DNA of 64,000 nt from a bacterium (GTDB taxonomy: Bacteria > UBA8248), in contig CBDATS010000005.1 of NCBI GenBank assembly GCA_965200245.1, positions 192,001-256,000 of the forward strand, written 5' to 3'. Made by a program: the position numbers and the translations under genes. Positions 49,013-58,625 of the stretch are shown piece by piece (the first letter of the stretch is position 1; each line of letters begins with the position of its first letter). The notes below the pieces were generated by a model. It did not search any database. It was not told where the DNA came from and was given only the letters and a program-made list of their open reading frames with translations.

Positions 49013-50236
49013 ATGGCGACGATCACGAGCACCATTGAAAACGGCGAGCCGAAACTCGGCGTCGAGGACATTGACGTCTCGGGCAAGCGTGTTTTCCTGC
49101 GCGTCGATTTCAACGTGCCACTCGACGATCAGGGACACATTACCGACGACGCCCGCATCCGCGCGGCCCTGCCCACTATCAATTATCTGCTGGACGAGGG
49201 CGCGCGGGTCGTCATCGGCTCCCACATCGGTCAGCCCAGGGGGAAGGTCGACCCGCGAAACTCCCTGGCCCCCGTCGCCAAGCGGCTTGCCCGGCTTCTG
49301 GAGAAGGAATGTCCCTTGGCACCTGCCTGCACGGGACCGGATACCCGGAGTATGGCCGAGGAGATGAAGCCCGGCCAGGTGCTCGTGCTGGAGAACCTTC
49401 GGTTTCATCCGGGCGAGGAGAAAAACGACGAGAAATTCGCCCGCGAACTCGCATCGCTGGCCGATATCTACATCGGCGACGCTTTCGGGAACGCCCACAG
49501 AAATCACGCCTCTATGTCGGCGATCACGAAATTCCTGAACCCCTCCGTCGCCGGTTTTTTGATGATCAAGGAGGTGAGCTACCTGAGCGGGGCGGTGAAC
49601 AACCCGATGCGCCCCGTTGTGGCGATTCTGGGTGGCGCGAAGGCGAGTGCGAAGATCGGCATCGTCGAGCGCATCCTGCCCAAGATGGACAAGATCATCA
49701 TCGGGGGCGGCATGGCGGGCACTTTCCACCGCGCACTGGGCTATGAGATGGGAAACAGCCTGGTCGAGGAACATATGGTGGACACGGCGATTTCAATCAT
49801 GAACAAGGCGCAGGAGTTGGAAGTGAAGTTCTACCTCCCCAGCGACTATGTGATAGCAGACAAGTTCGAGGCTTCGGCCGAGACCAAGGTGGTGCCCGCA
49901 CAAGAAGTACCCGACGAGTGGTACGCACTTGACATCGGACCTGCCAGCACGACTCTTTTCGGCGAGGTGCTCCAGGACGCGAAGACCATCATCTGGAACG
50001 GGCCGATGGGCGTGTTCGAGGTGGACGCCTTCTCGCGCGGCACCTACGCGATGGTGAACCATGTCGCGAACTCCTACGCCCTGACGATAGTGGGCGGCGG
50101 CGATACGGATGTGGCCGTTCACGCGGCAGGCGAATCGCGCCGCATCTCCTACATCAGCACGGGCGGCGGCGCCTTCCTGGAACTGCTCGAGGGAAAAGAA
50201 CTTCCCGGCCTGGCCTGTCTCACGGATAAACACTGA
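49013..50236 (+). CDS. pgk: phosphoglycerate kinase
   Basis: RVDFNVP, LENLRF, WNGPMGVFE and ISTGGGAFLE motifs. Confidence 0.98.
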   Translation: MATITSTIENGEPKLGVEDIDVSGKRVFLRVDFNVPLDDQGHITDDARIRAALPTINYLLDEGARVVIGSHIGQPRGKVDPRNSLAPVAKRLARLLEKECPLAPACTGPDTRSMAEEMKPGQVLVLENLRFHPGEEKNDEKFARELASLADIYIGDAFGNAHRNHASMSAITKFLNPSVAGFLMIKEVSYLSGAVNNPMRPVVAILGGAKASAKIGIVERILPKMDKIIIGGGMAGTFHRALGYEMGNSLVEEHMVDTAISIMNKAQELEVKFYLPSDYVIADKFEASAETKVVPAQEVPDEWYALDIGPASTTLFGEVLQDAKTIIWNGPMGVFEVDAFSRGTYAMVNHVANSYALTIVGGGDTDVAVHAAGESRRISYISTGGGAFLELLEGKELPGLACLTDKH

Positions 50237-50266
50237 ATCAACCCGAAACGAGAAAAGGAATGCACG

Positions 50267-51043
50267 ATGCGGCGCGCTCTCGTGGCCGGCAACTGGAAGA
50301 TGAACAAGACGATTGCGGAGGCGCGTGCACTTGCGCACGAGGTGGCCCGGAGCGTCACCGAAGAAGACCTCACAGGCATAGATGTCGTTCTGGGACCGCC
50401 CTATCTTGCTCTTCCCGCGGTGGCAGACACACTGGAAGGCAGCACCATCGGCGTCGCCGGGCAGGATTGTTGCCATCATTCCGACGGTGCATACACCGGC
50501 GAAGTGAGCGTCTCAATGCTCAGGTACGCAGGCGCGACCCACGTCATCCTCGGGCACAGTGAACGGCGAGAGATGGGAGAAGACGATGTCCTCATCGCCC
50601 GGAAGGCGGCGGCGAGTGTGGATGGTTTGATTCCGATAATCTGCCTCGGGGAGTCGCTCTCCACGAGAGAGGCCGGGGAGACGCTCACGCACATCGCCTA
50701 TCAGGTGGAGCATTCGATACAGGGCGCGTTTGACTCCCCTCCTGTGGGGGGCTTTGTCATCGCGTATGAACCCATCTGGGCCATAGGCACCGGCCTCACG
50801 GCCACGCCCGATCAGGCCCAGCAGGCGCACGCCTTCATCCGCGAGCAGCTCGAAAATATTTTTGGCTTGGAATGCGCGCAAGAAACGCGTATTTTATACG
50901 GTGGCAGCGTAAAACCGGACAACGCCTCGGATCTGTTTGCACAGCCTGACATTGACGGTGGCCTGATCGGCGGAGCGAGCCTCAAGAGCGAAGATTTTCT
51001 GGAAATCATCCGTGCCGCGCGGATATATTCCGAATCAACATGA
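50267..51043 (+). CDS. tpiA: triosephosphate isomerase
   Basis: AGNWKMN, GHSERR, AYEPIWAIGTG, YGGSV and LIGGASL motifs. Confidence 0.98.
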   Translation: MRRALVAGNWKMNKTIAEARALAHEVARSVTEEDLTGIDVVLGPPYLALPAVADTLEGSTIGVAGQDCCHHSDGAYTGEVSVSMLRYAGATHVILGHSERREMGEDDVLIARKAAASVDGLIPIICLGESLSTREAGETLTHIAYQVEHSIQGAFDSPPVGGFVIAYEPIWAIGTGLTATPDQAQQAHAFIREQLENIFGLECAQETRILYGGSVKPDNASDLFAQPDIDGGLIGGASLKSEDFLEIIRAARIYSEST

Positions 51044-51056
51044 AAAGAGCGAGAAA

Positions 51057-51386
51057 ATGACAATCGTTTTGACAGTCCTGCACGTAGCCGTGGCTATTTG
51101 CCTGATTCTTTCGGTACTTCTCCAGGCCGGGAAAGCCGGCGGCATGGGTGCCGCCTTCGGCGGATCGAGCGATACGATGTTTGGCGCGCGGGGTCCCGTG
51201 AACTTTCTGAGCAAGGTCACGACCGGAGCCGCCGTACTCTTCATGGTGACCTCGCTTCTGCTCACCTATATCGGCTCGCATAACGCCAACCAGGGCGGTT
51301 CGATCGTGCCCGCAGCACCCATACAAAACACGCCTGCGCAGAATGCAACACAGACCCCGAAACCCGCCGCCCCCGAGAAGAAATAA
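51057..51386 (+). CDS. secG: preprotein translocase subunit SecG
   Basis: LILSVLLQAGKAGGMGAAFGG..FGARG..NFLSKVT, located downstream of tpiA. Confidence 0.95.
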   Translation: MTIVLTVLHVAVAICLILSVLLQAGKAGGMGAAFGGSSDTMFGARGPVNFLSKVTTGAAVLFMVTSLLLTYIGSHNANQGGSIVPAAPIQNTPAQNATQTPKPAAPEKK

Positions 51387-51430
51387 GGCGCGCAACTTTT
51401 TCCATCATTCACGCGCGCTGAGGATCCACG

Positions 51431-53497
51431 ATGCTGATCAGGCGCATTCTTCTTCTGCTCCCCCTCCTCATCGCGGCAGCGTTGTTGCAGTCCTATTTCT
51501 GGGTACCGACTTTTTCCGACCAGACCAAGGGCGGCAACGATGCGCGCCTTCGCCAGTTCATTACAGGCTCCATCGGCGACGCCCAGATACTGAACCCCAT
51601 TCTCCATTCCGACACGGCGAGCGGGGCAATCGTCGATCAGGTTTTCGAGGGTCTCATCGACAGGGACCGCGACCTCTCCTACCGGGGCCGTCTGGCCTCC
51701 TCTTGGAAAATTTACGAGGAAGCGTTTTTCGTTCCCCATCCCGAGGGGCCGGGAGCGAAGGTCCTGGCGGATCGCATCGAGCGTGCGCGCGACAAAGGCG
51801 GAGCGGAATGGCTGGATAACATTGAAAAAATCGAGACACTCGCTCCCTCAGAAGAGAAAACCACCATCCGCACCCCACCGCCAAAGCGCGGGAAACAGGA
51901 GGTCGTCATTGCCTATCCCGAACGGGTAAAGGTGACGCTCAAGAGCGTGGATCAGGACCTTTTCAAGCATCTGGAGAAGTTGCTGGGAGAGAAATGGGTC
52001 GCCAAAGACCCCGTTCTCCTTATAAAAACCAGGCTGCGCAAATCATTGGTTCCCTCCGCCGCGAGGCGTGTCAAGCTCACCGAGCACAACCCGATCATCA
52101 TCTTCAAACTCAGACGGGGAGTTCGCTTCCATGACGGCCACGAGTTCGACTCGGGCGACGTGCGCTTCACCTACGAAGCCATCATGAATCCCAGGAACCT
52201 CTCCCCGAGGGTACCGGACTACGAACCCGTCAAGCGCATGGAGACGCCTGACAAGTTCACCGTCAGGATCACCTACAAACGTCTCTATTCGCCTGCTTTC
52301 GGATCCTGGGGCATGGGGATGTTGCCAGAGCATCTGCTGAACGGGGAAAAGCTGGCCGAAGAAGCGAAGCGCCAGAATAAGGACCCAAAGGCGTTCAGCC
52401 TGCGCCAGAGCGGTTTCAACCGGAAACCTGTAGGCACGGGGCCTTTCATATTCAAGGAATGGCGCTCTGACGAACTCATCCGCCTCGCACGGAACGAAGA
52501 CTATTGGGAAGGACCGCCCGAATATCACGAATATGTCTACAGGATACTGCCCGATCCCCTTACGCAGGAAATCACTTTCTATGCGGGTACGGTGGACCGC
52601 TACGGAGCGGGCACGCACCAAGTGGAACGACTCCGGAAAGACCCGAGGTTCCAGGTATTCTCGGGTCTCGGCTTCGGATACGCCTATATCGGCTATAACC
52701 ACAGGCGCTGGCCGTTTCAGGATGTGCGGGTGCGTCGGGCGCTGGGCATGGCAGTGAATACCAGGCAGATTCACCGCTATGTGATGAACGGCCAGGCGGA
52801 GGACATCACGGGCCCCTTTGTGAAGCAAAGCCCGCATTACAACCGCAGCATAAAGCCTTTGCCCTACGATCCCGGGGGAGCGGAGCGGCTGCTGCACGAG
52901 GCGGGGTTCAGAAAAAAAGACGGGTTATTGATGAAAGACGGCAAGCCCCTGGCCTTCAGCCTGATGACGAACCACGGCAATGAGATCAGGCGCGCCGTGG
53001 GGACGGTCGTGCAGGACGCCTGGAAAAAGATCGGCGTCAAGATCAGTTTCTCGCAAGTCGAGTGGGCCGTGTTCATCCGAAAACACATCAACCAACTCGA
53101 TTTCGACGCGATCATCCTGGGATGGAGCATGGGCCTCGACCCGGACCTTTACCAGATATGGCATTCGAGCCAGACGAAAAAGGGCCAACTCAATTTCGTG
53201 GGCTACAAGAACCCCAAAGCGGACGACCTCATCATCAAGATACGTCAGGAATACGACCCCGCAAAACAGGTCCGCTACGCGCACGCGCTGCACCGCATCA
53301 TCGCAGCGGAGCAGCCCTACACGTTCCTGTACGTCAGCAAATGGACGGCGCTGCTCGACAGGAAAATCGCCATCGCCAGACACCTCAAAAACGGCAAGAT
53401 AAAACCCGAACAAATCCGCCCCACAATAACGGGCAACTATTCGTTCGATTTCAACGAGTGGCTCAAGTTCCCCACCACCCCCCGTTTCGAGAACTGA
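51431..53497 (+). CDS. peptide/nickel ABC transporter substrate-binding protein (family 5)
   Basis: LNPIL, FEGLI, KLRRGVRFHDG, PVGTGPF and DVRVRRAL motifs. Confidence 0.92.
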   Translation: MLIRRILLLLPLLIAAALLQSYFWVPTFSDQTKGGNDARLRQFITGSIGDAQILNPILHSDTASGAIVDQVFEGLIDRDRDLSYRGRLASSWKIYEEAFFVPHPEGPGAKVLADRIERARDKGGAEWLDNIEKIETLAPSEEKTTIRTPPPKRGKQEVVIAYPERVKVTLKSVDQDLFKHLEKLLGEKWVAKDPVLLIKTRLRKSLVPSAARRVKLTEHNPIIIFKLRRGVRFHDGHEFDSGDVRFTYEAIMNPRNLSPRVPDYEPVKRMETPDKFTVRITYKRLYSPAFGSWGMGMLPEHLLNGEKLAEEAKRQNKDPKAFSLRQSGFNRKPVGTGPFIFKEWRSDELIRLARNEDYWEGPPEYHEYVYRILPDPLTQEITFYAGTVDRYGAGTHQVERLRKDPRFQVFSGLGFGYAYIGYNHRRWPFQDVRVRRALGMAVNTRQIHRYVMNGQAEDITGPFVKQSPHYNRSIKPLPYDPGGAERLLHEAGFRKKDGLLMKDGKPLAFSLMTNHGNEIRRAVGTVVQDAWKKIGVKISFSQVEWAVFIRKHINQLDFDAIILGWSMGLDPDLYQIWHSSQTKKGQLNFVGYKNPKADDLIIKIRQEYDPAKQVRYAHALHRIIAAEQPYTFLYVSKWTALLDRKIAIARHLKNGKIKPEQIRPTITGNYSFDFNEWLKFPTTPRFEN

Positions 53498-53498
53498 C

Positions 53499-54494
53499 TT
53501 GGCCGCCTATATCATCCGCACAAGTCTTTTCAAGCTGGTGACGCTGTTCATCATCTCGATCGTGAGTTTCCTGATCATCCACCTTGCCCCCGGGGAACCG
53601 AGCCAGATCGATCCTCTGAATCCGCGCTTCACCAAGGAAGACCTCGCACGCTACCGGGCCGCCTTCGACCTGGACAAACCGCTTCCGGTGCAATACTGGC
53701 TCTTCTACAAGAAATTCTTCACCAACGAACTCACGAGTCTCAAGGACAACCAGCCCGTTTTCGGAAAGATATGGCGACGCTTCCTCATCAGCCTGCCCCT
53801 GTTCATCGTGGGCACCATCATCACCTGGTGCCTGTCATTTCCGCTGGGAATTGCGGGCGCGCTGCGCCGCTACAGCGTATTCGACCGTTCCACCACGTTC
53901 TTGAGTTACCTCATGATCTCGATGCCGAGCTTCTTCCTGGCCTACATCCTCATAATTGCCGTCGTTCAGGGAGTCACTCTGCCCTTCATCGACTACCGTG
54001 TGCCGGGACTCGAGGTCTCCGTCCTAGGAATCGAGACCTTCGGTCGAGGCGATGTCTCTCCCTTGTTCCGCATCAATGACCGCATCTGGCATCTAGTGTT
54101 GCCGAGTCTCGTGGGAGCAATAGGCGGCATCGCCGTTCTCTCGCGCTACGTGCGTGGTCAGATGATCGAGGTAGTGGATTCGGACTTCATTCGCACGGCA
54201 CACTCGAAGGGTCTGGACGAGAGCACCGTGAACTACGTCCATGCCCTGAGAAACGCAGGTCTGCCCTTCGTCACCATGTTCGGCCTTATCCTGCCGGGGC
54301 TGATCGGCGGCTCGGTAATCATCGAGAACATCTTCGCCTGGCCCGGTATGGGACGTTTGGGCTTCGAGGCTGTACTGGCACGGGACTACCCCGTCATCTT
54401 GAGCCTGAACTTCATCTCCGCCATTCTGGTCGTCATCGGCACATTCATCTCCGACATTTTGCTGGTCATCGTCGACCCTAGGATCCGCCTATGA
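53499..54494 (+). CDS. peptide ABC transporter permease (OppB/DppB-like)
   Basis: LAPG.P, LDKPLPVQY, FIRTAHSKGL, HALRNA, IENIFAWPGMG and DPRIR motifs. Confidence 0.93.
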   Translation: MAAYIIRTSLFKLVTLFIISIVSFLIIHLAPGEPSQIDPLNPRFTKEDLARYRAAFDLDKPLPVQYWLFYKKFFTNELTSLKDNQPVFGKIWRRFLISLPLFIVGTIITWCLSFPLGIAGALRRYSVFDRSTTFLSYLMISMPSFFLAYILIIAVVQGVTLPFIDYRVPGLEVSVLGIETFGRGDVSPLFRINDRIWHLVLPSLVGAIGGIAVLSRYVRGQMIEVVDSDFIRTAHSKGLDESTVNYVHALRNAGLPFVTMFGLILPGLIGGSVIIENIFAWPGMGRLGFEAVLARDYPVILSLNFISAILVVIGTFISDILLVIVDPRIRL

Positions 54495-55993
54495 ACGAAA
54501 CCTTAGAAATGCGCGAGATGATTGAGGAGATGGGAGAAGAACTCACCCCAGGCCAGCGCGTCTGGCGGCACCTGCGGCGAAACCGCATGGCGATGGCGGG
54601 CGGGGTCGTGCTGGTCATATTCTTCACCCTGGCAGTCATCGGTTTTTTCAATTCCGTACTCATGAGTGAACCGATGTTCGACGCCAACGTCGTACGCCTG
54701 CCCGACAAGCTCAAGGCCCCCTTCTCCGTCCCGAATGTGGAGCAGGTTCCCAAAGCAAATCTACCGCGTTTCGGGATGTACCTGTTCGGCACCGATGACC
54801 TGGGCCGCGACGTGTTCGCCAGAATGCTGGAAGGCACCTTCATCTCGATGTCGGTGGGTTTCGTGGCCATCGGCATCGCTACGTTCCTGGGTATCGCCAT
54901 CGGCGGAATCGCGGGCTTTTACGGAGAATTCAGGCCGAGCGGCACGCCGCTGTTCGGCTTTGTCGGGGCGGGCCTCACGGGTTACGCCGTTTGGAACGAA
55001 CTGGGTTTCCTGGCCCTGTTCTTCTGCGCCGCAGGCGCATGCGCGGGACTATCGGTGCGCCGCGAAGGCCGTTCCCTGTTCCTGGAGGGCATGATATTCG
55101 GCGCGCTGTTGGGCCTAGCGCTCGGCTCGTTCGAACCGTTCGGGTTCAGCGGATTCACGTCCGATTTCGGCCTCAAGGTGCGTACACCCTATTGGCACGA
55201 GGGATTCCTGGGCACGATCTGTCTCGTAACGCTCGCGGCCTTCGGCGGGGCGCAGGGGCGAAACGCTGAGGAAAGTGTGGCGGACGGCGTCGCCTTGAGT
55301 GCGGTGACAGGTGGAGGACTCGTCTATTTCTCTCTCCTGCTGTTGGGCCTCTACCTCGTTTATCCGAGCCATTCGGCGCATCTTTGGACGAGCTTTGCAG
55401 GAGCGGTGGTCTGCGTGTTCCTCTACAAAAGATTTGATGCCACCGAGTATCTGCGCAGTTTCAGACTACCCAAGGTGGACGTCATCTACACCACGGTCGT
55501 GGATGTGCAACTTTCATTCCCCTCGTTTTTCGTGCTCCTGACCATCCTAGCGCTCGTGACACCCAACATCTGGATCATCATGGTGGTCATCGGTGTCCTG
55601 GGCTGGGTGGGACCCGCGCGTTTCGTGCGCGCAGAGGTTCTGTCGCTGAGGGAACAGCCCTTCGTGGAGTCTGCGCGCGCGTCGGGCGGCTCAGACGGAC
55701 TCATCATATTCCACTATCTCATTCCCAATTCGCTCGCACCCGTGCTGGTCTCCGCCACTATCGGTATCGCAGGCGCGATTCTTACAGAAGCGAGCCTGAG
55801 CTTTCTCGGCTTCGGTGTTCCACCACCCCAGGCGAGTTGGGGGAATATTTTCTCAGACGGGAAGAAATACATCTTCGACGCACCTTGGCTCACCTTCATA
55901 CCGGGTTTTGCGATACTTATCGTCATGCTTGCCTTCAACCTGTTCGGCGAAGGCCTGCGCGACGCCATGAACCCGAAGGCGAACTCCAGATAG
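54491..55993 (+). CDS. peptide ABC transporter permease (OppC/DppC-like) with a large hydrophobic insertion
   Basis: FGTDDLGRDVF, ARFVRAEVLSLRE.PFVESAR and EASLSFLGFG..P..SWG motifs. Confidence 0.9.
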   Translation: MNETLEMREMIEEMGEELTPGQRVWRHLRRNRMAMAGGVVLVIFFTLAVIGFFNSVLMSEPMFDANVVRLPDKLKAPFSVPNVEQVPKANLPRFGMYLFGTDDLGRDVFARMLEGTFISMSVGFVAIGIATFLGIAIGGIAGFYGEFRPSGTPLFGFVGAGLTGYAVWNELGFLALFFCAAGACAGLSVRREGRSLFLEGMIFGALLGLALGSFEPFGFSGFTSDFGLKVRTPYWHEGFLGTICLVTLAAFGGAQGRNAEESVADGVALSAVTGGGLVYFSLLLLGLYLVYPSHSAHLWTSFAGAVVCVFLYKRFDATEYLRSFRLPKVDVIYTTVVDVQLSFPSFFVLLTILALVTPNIWIIMVVIGVLGWVGPARFVRAEVLSLREQPFVESARASGGSDGLIIFHYLIPNSLAPVLVSATIGIAGAILTEASLSFLGFGVPPPQASWGNIFSDGKKYIFDAPWLTFIPGFAILIVMLAFNLFGEGLRDAMNPKANSR

Positions 55994-56014
55994 AGGATCG
56001 TGGATAGGGAAGCG

Positions 56015-56044
56015 TTGACAGCCGAGCGCGGGCAGCGCTATATA
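56015..56044 (+). promoter_or_regulatory. sigma70-type promoter of the tRNA
   Basis: TTGACA (56015-56020), 18-nt spacer, TATATA (56039-56044). Confidence 0.6.
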
Positions 56045-56087
56045 GCCTCATGATCCGGGCGTTGGCCAAAAATGCTCAGGACTTCAC

Positions 56088-56175
56088 GCCCAAGTGGTGG
56101 AATTTGGTAGACACGCTAGCTTGAGGGGCTAGTGGGGGCAACCCCGTGTCGGTTCGAGTCCGGCCTTGGGCACCA
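56088..56175 (+). tRNA. tRNA-Leu (anticodon GAG)
   Basis: Acceptor stem GCCCAAG/CTTGGGC, D-loop TGGTAGAC, anticodon arm CTAGC-TTGAGGG-GCTAG, long variable arm GGGGCAACCCC, GGTTCGAGTCC, encoded CCA. Confidence 0.97.
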
Positions 56176-56291
56176 TTATACTTTCTTCCTTGCCATATGT
56201 ACAAAACTCCTATTGTGATGGATGTGGAAGATTAGGGAACTTCAAACTTCCATCAATCCAATAGCTACCAGCCACCGCAGGCCATATGGAG

Positions 56292-57644
56292 TCAGTTGCG
56301 CGTCGCGCCGAACGCGGCGGTAAGGTCGGCGCGCTCGAGGCTGCCGGCAACACCCTCGTGACCGGACCCGTAGAAATGCCCGCTCAGGGTGCCGTCGTCG
56401 CCTCCGGTACTGCGCAGGTAGTTTCCACCGACTGTAATCGTATAACCGAGACTTCCCGTGTTCCACCGGGAGCCGGTTCCGAGCGCGCCGGGCACCGTGT
56501 CTGCGGCCCACGTTTGCAGTTCGGTAAAGTCCGCACGTCCGTTCATTGTCAGGAGGTTGACACTGATCGAGGCATTGCCTCCTGCCACCCGCAGGTCGGG
56601 CGTGAAGCCAAGCAGGCCACCGTTCCATGTCACGGTCCCCGAAAGACTGCCGTTGTCCTGGAGCGCACCCTGAGGCTCGTCGCCCGATGTCCAGGGCATG
56701 CTCACGCCGTTGCTGTGGCGCACGCCGAACGAGAAGTTGCCGAGTTCGCCGCTGAGGTGGATGGTCTCCCGGGACCAGTCTCCCAGATCCAGAACCGACA
56801 GGTCCTCGGGTTGCGTCCCTTCGCCCAGTCTCGTGTAGAGCGCAAGGAGCGCTGCCGCGTCAACAGCCGGCAGCGAGCCATCCAGGCGGAACCACGAGTT
56901 GTACATGTTGGAGTCCTCGAAGGCCGGTGCCTCGACATGCCCGTGCAACCCGAGCGCGTGCACCAATTCGTGCACGAGCACAGAGACCGCTTGATGATCG
57001 GGGCGGAAGTCAAAAGTACCTCTGGCCATCTCGACGGACGAGGCTCGCGCCCCCTTCTTCTCCCATCGGCCCTGTCTCTCGTCGTACTCCTGGTACAAGG
57101 AAAGAGGTGCCCACGCTATCCCCCCGGTAGGTGCTGTCCTGGTAGGTAATGATTCGACGAATTCGACGAAAATCTGGCCGTCCGGGACGTTCGGAAGAGA
57201 CTCTTCCCACTCACCTGCGGCGCCGGCGGGCGCATCGGCCCCGAAAGTCAGATGATGCTCGTAGGGGAGTGCACGGTTGACGAGCGCGACCGCGTACATG
57301 ATGATCGCCCGCTCACGCCGAGTCGCACTTTCTGCTATTCGGACAGTGGGTGCCGACGGGAACCGCACGAGCCCCGGATCATGTGGACCGTAATAGGAGT
57401 TTGGCCCGTCTTTCCACGGACCTCCGCTCGCGTGTACGCCCATGTATTCGACGATTCGACTCGCTTGCTCGCCATCGTGGGACAGTCGCTACGAAGTCGT
57501 AACTGAGTCAAACGGCTCTTCCGGGACCACCGGATCCGGCATGACCATTGGGGGCGATGAAGCAGAGTTACTTCCCCCGCCCCCTCCACCACATCCAGGC
57601 AACGCCAATACCACGACAAGACACATTACAGCCCATGTTTTCAT
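56292..57644 (-). pseudogene. surface lipoprotein with metzincin-like peptidase and C-terminal TbpB-like barrel; in-frame TAG at 57489-57491
   Basis: ATG 57644 reads MKTWAVMCLVVVLALPGC-GGGGGG..TTS*RLSH.., in frame with ORF 56292-57443. HELVHALGLHGH and SNMY motifs; C-terminus G.FYG..HE.VAG......AAFGATR. Confidence 0.7.
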
Positions 57645-57816
57645 TTCACCTTCCCCTCATATGATGACAAAAATCCGAACTTCCCGATGAGGCTGGGCCG
57701 TGTTTACTTATTGGGGAGTGTGGAAACGGGTAAAAATAGAACCGATCAGTGGTTTGCGGAACTTGATACATAAATCCCCAAATTTGCAAAACCCCTCATC
57801 CAGAAGAATAAAACCG

Positions 57817-57856
57817 TCACGCCCAGGTGATGGTGCCCACGCTGGCGATTCGAGTC
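57817..57856. repeat. degenerate tRNA-Leu-like sequence (possible att scar)
   Basis: TCACGCCCAGGTGATGG matches 56084-56100 at 15/17. Overlapping inverted TGGGCACCAT (57830-57839), and TTCGAGTC at 57849-57856. Confidence 0.35.
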
Positions 57857-57875
57857 TTGTGTTCTTCCCAATCAT

Positions 57876-58484
57876 TCAGGGTCGAGCAACCTTGATACGC
57901 CACTGCCTGAACTTCGCCTCGGTGGACGCGCACGGCGCCAGTACGAGACTGCGCGACATGTACGGCCCTGCCGACCTGGCAGAGGCACCGACAACGAGAC
58001 AAAGCGTGCGGTCCGCGCCAGGGCGGAATTCCATCGCCCTCGTGTCGTAGTCGAAAACCTGGCCGGGGACATCCTTCGCGCAATCCACCAACCCCAGCGA
58101 TACCCCGGCGGCAGCCAGCGCCAGTAGCGTGGCGCACTTTCCGGAAAAGGTGGCCGAAGCAATCCGCCGCGACGCCTTCTCGTAGCGGAATTGCACGTCA
58201 CCGCCACGTGGCTTGCACGAGTGCGCATGCAACCGCTCGCCGAACCCGCGTCCGACGGTGTCGATGCACCAGCCCAGTCTGTCCTGCTCGTCCAGATTAT
58301 CCGTCAGGTAGATAACCGGCGCCGGAGTCCGGAGGTCGGGCGGCTCCGCATACACCGCCGAACCAGGGCCGAGCAACAGGAGAGCAGCCAGATGTGCAAG
58401 CACCTTGACGGCCGAACCGGCACCAAGGCGGCCATGGAGTCCTGAACGCTGCCGTCGGTCGCCCATCGCTGGGATAGTTTTCAT
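57876..58484 (-). CDS. secreted ricin-B (beta-trefoil) lectin-like protein
   Basis: Signal-like hydrophobic stretch, repeated G.CID/GKC/LCL..C and QxF/QxW motifs (VQFRY, QVFDY, RQWRI). GGAGG RBS. Confidence 0.7.
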   Translation of the reverse strand: MKTIPAMGDRRQRSGLHGRLGAGSAVKVLAHLAALLLLGPGSAVYAEPPDLRTPAPVIYLTDNLDEQDRLGWCIDTVGRGFGERLHAHSCKPRGGDVQFRYEKASRRIASATFSGKCATLLALAAAGVSLGLVDCAKDVPGQVFDYDTRAMEFRPGADRTLCLVVGASARSAGPYMSRSLVLAPCASTEAKFRQWRIKVARP

Positions 58485-58516
58485 TTCCGGATACCTCCAT
58501 TCTCACCATTGTCTTT

Positions 58517-58528
58517 GTGTCATGACAC
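58517..58528. promoter_or_regulatory. perfect 12-bp palindrome upstream of the lectin gene (possible operator)
   Basis: GTGTCATGACAC. Confidence 0.3.
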
Positions 58529-58625
58529 GTCAACGAATCAGGCGGCAACTTGCTATCAATCAATTATTCTCCAAAGCAGCCATGCCATTCGGAAGTATCG
58601 AGACGGGCCTGCCCCGTTCGCTCCC

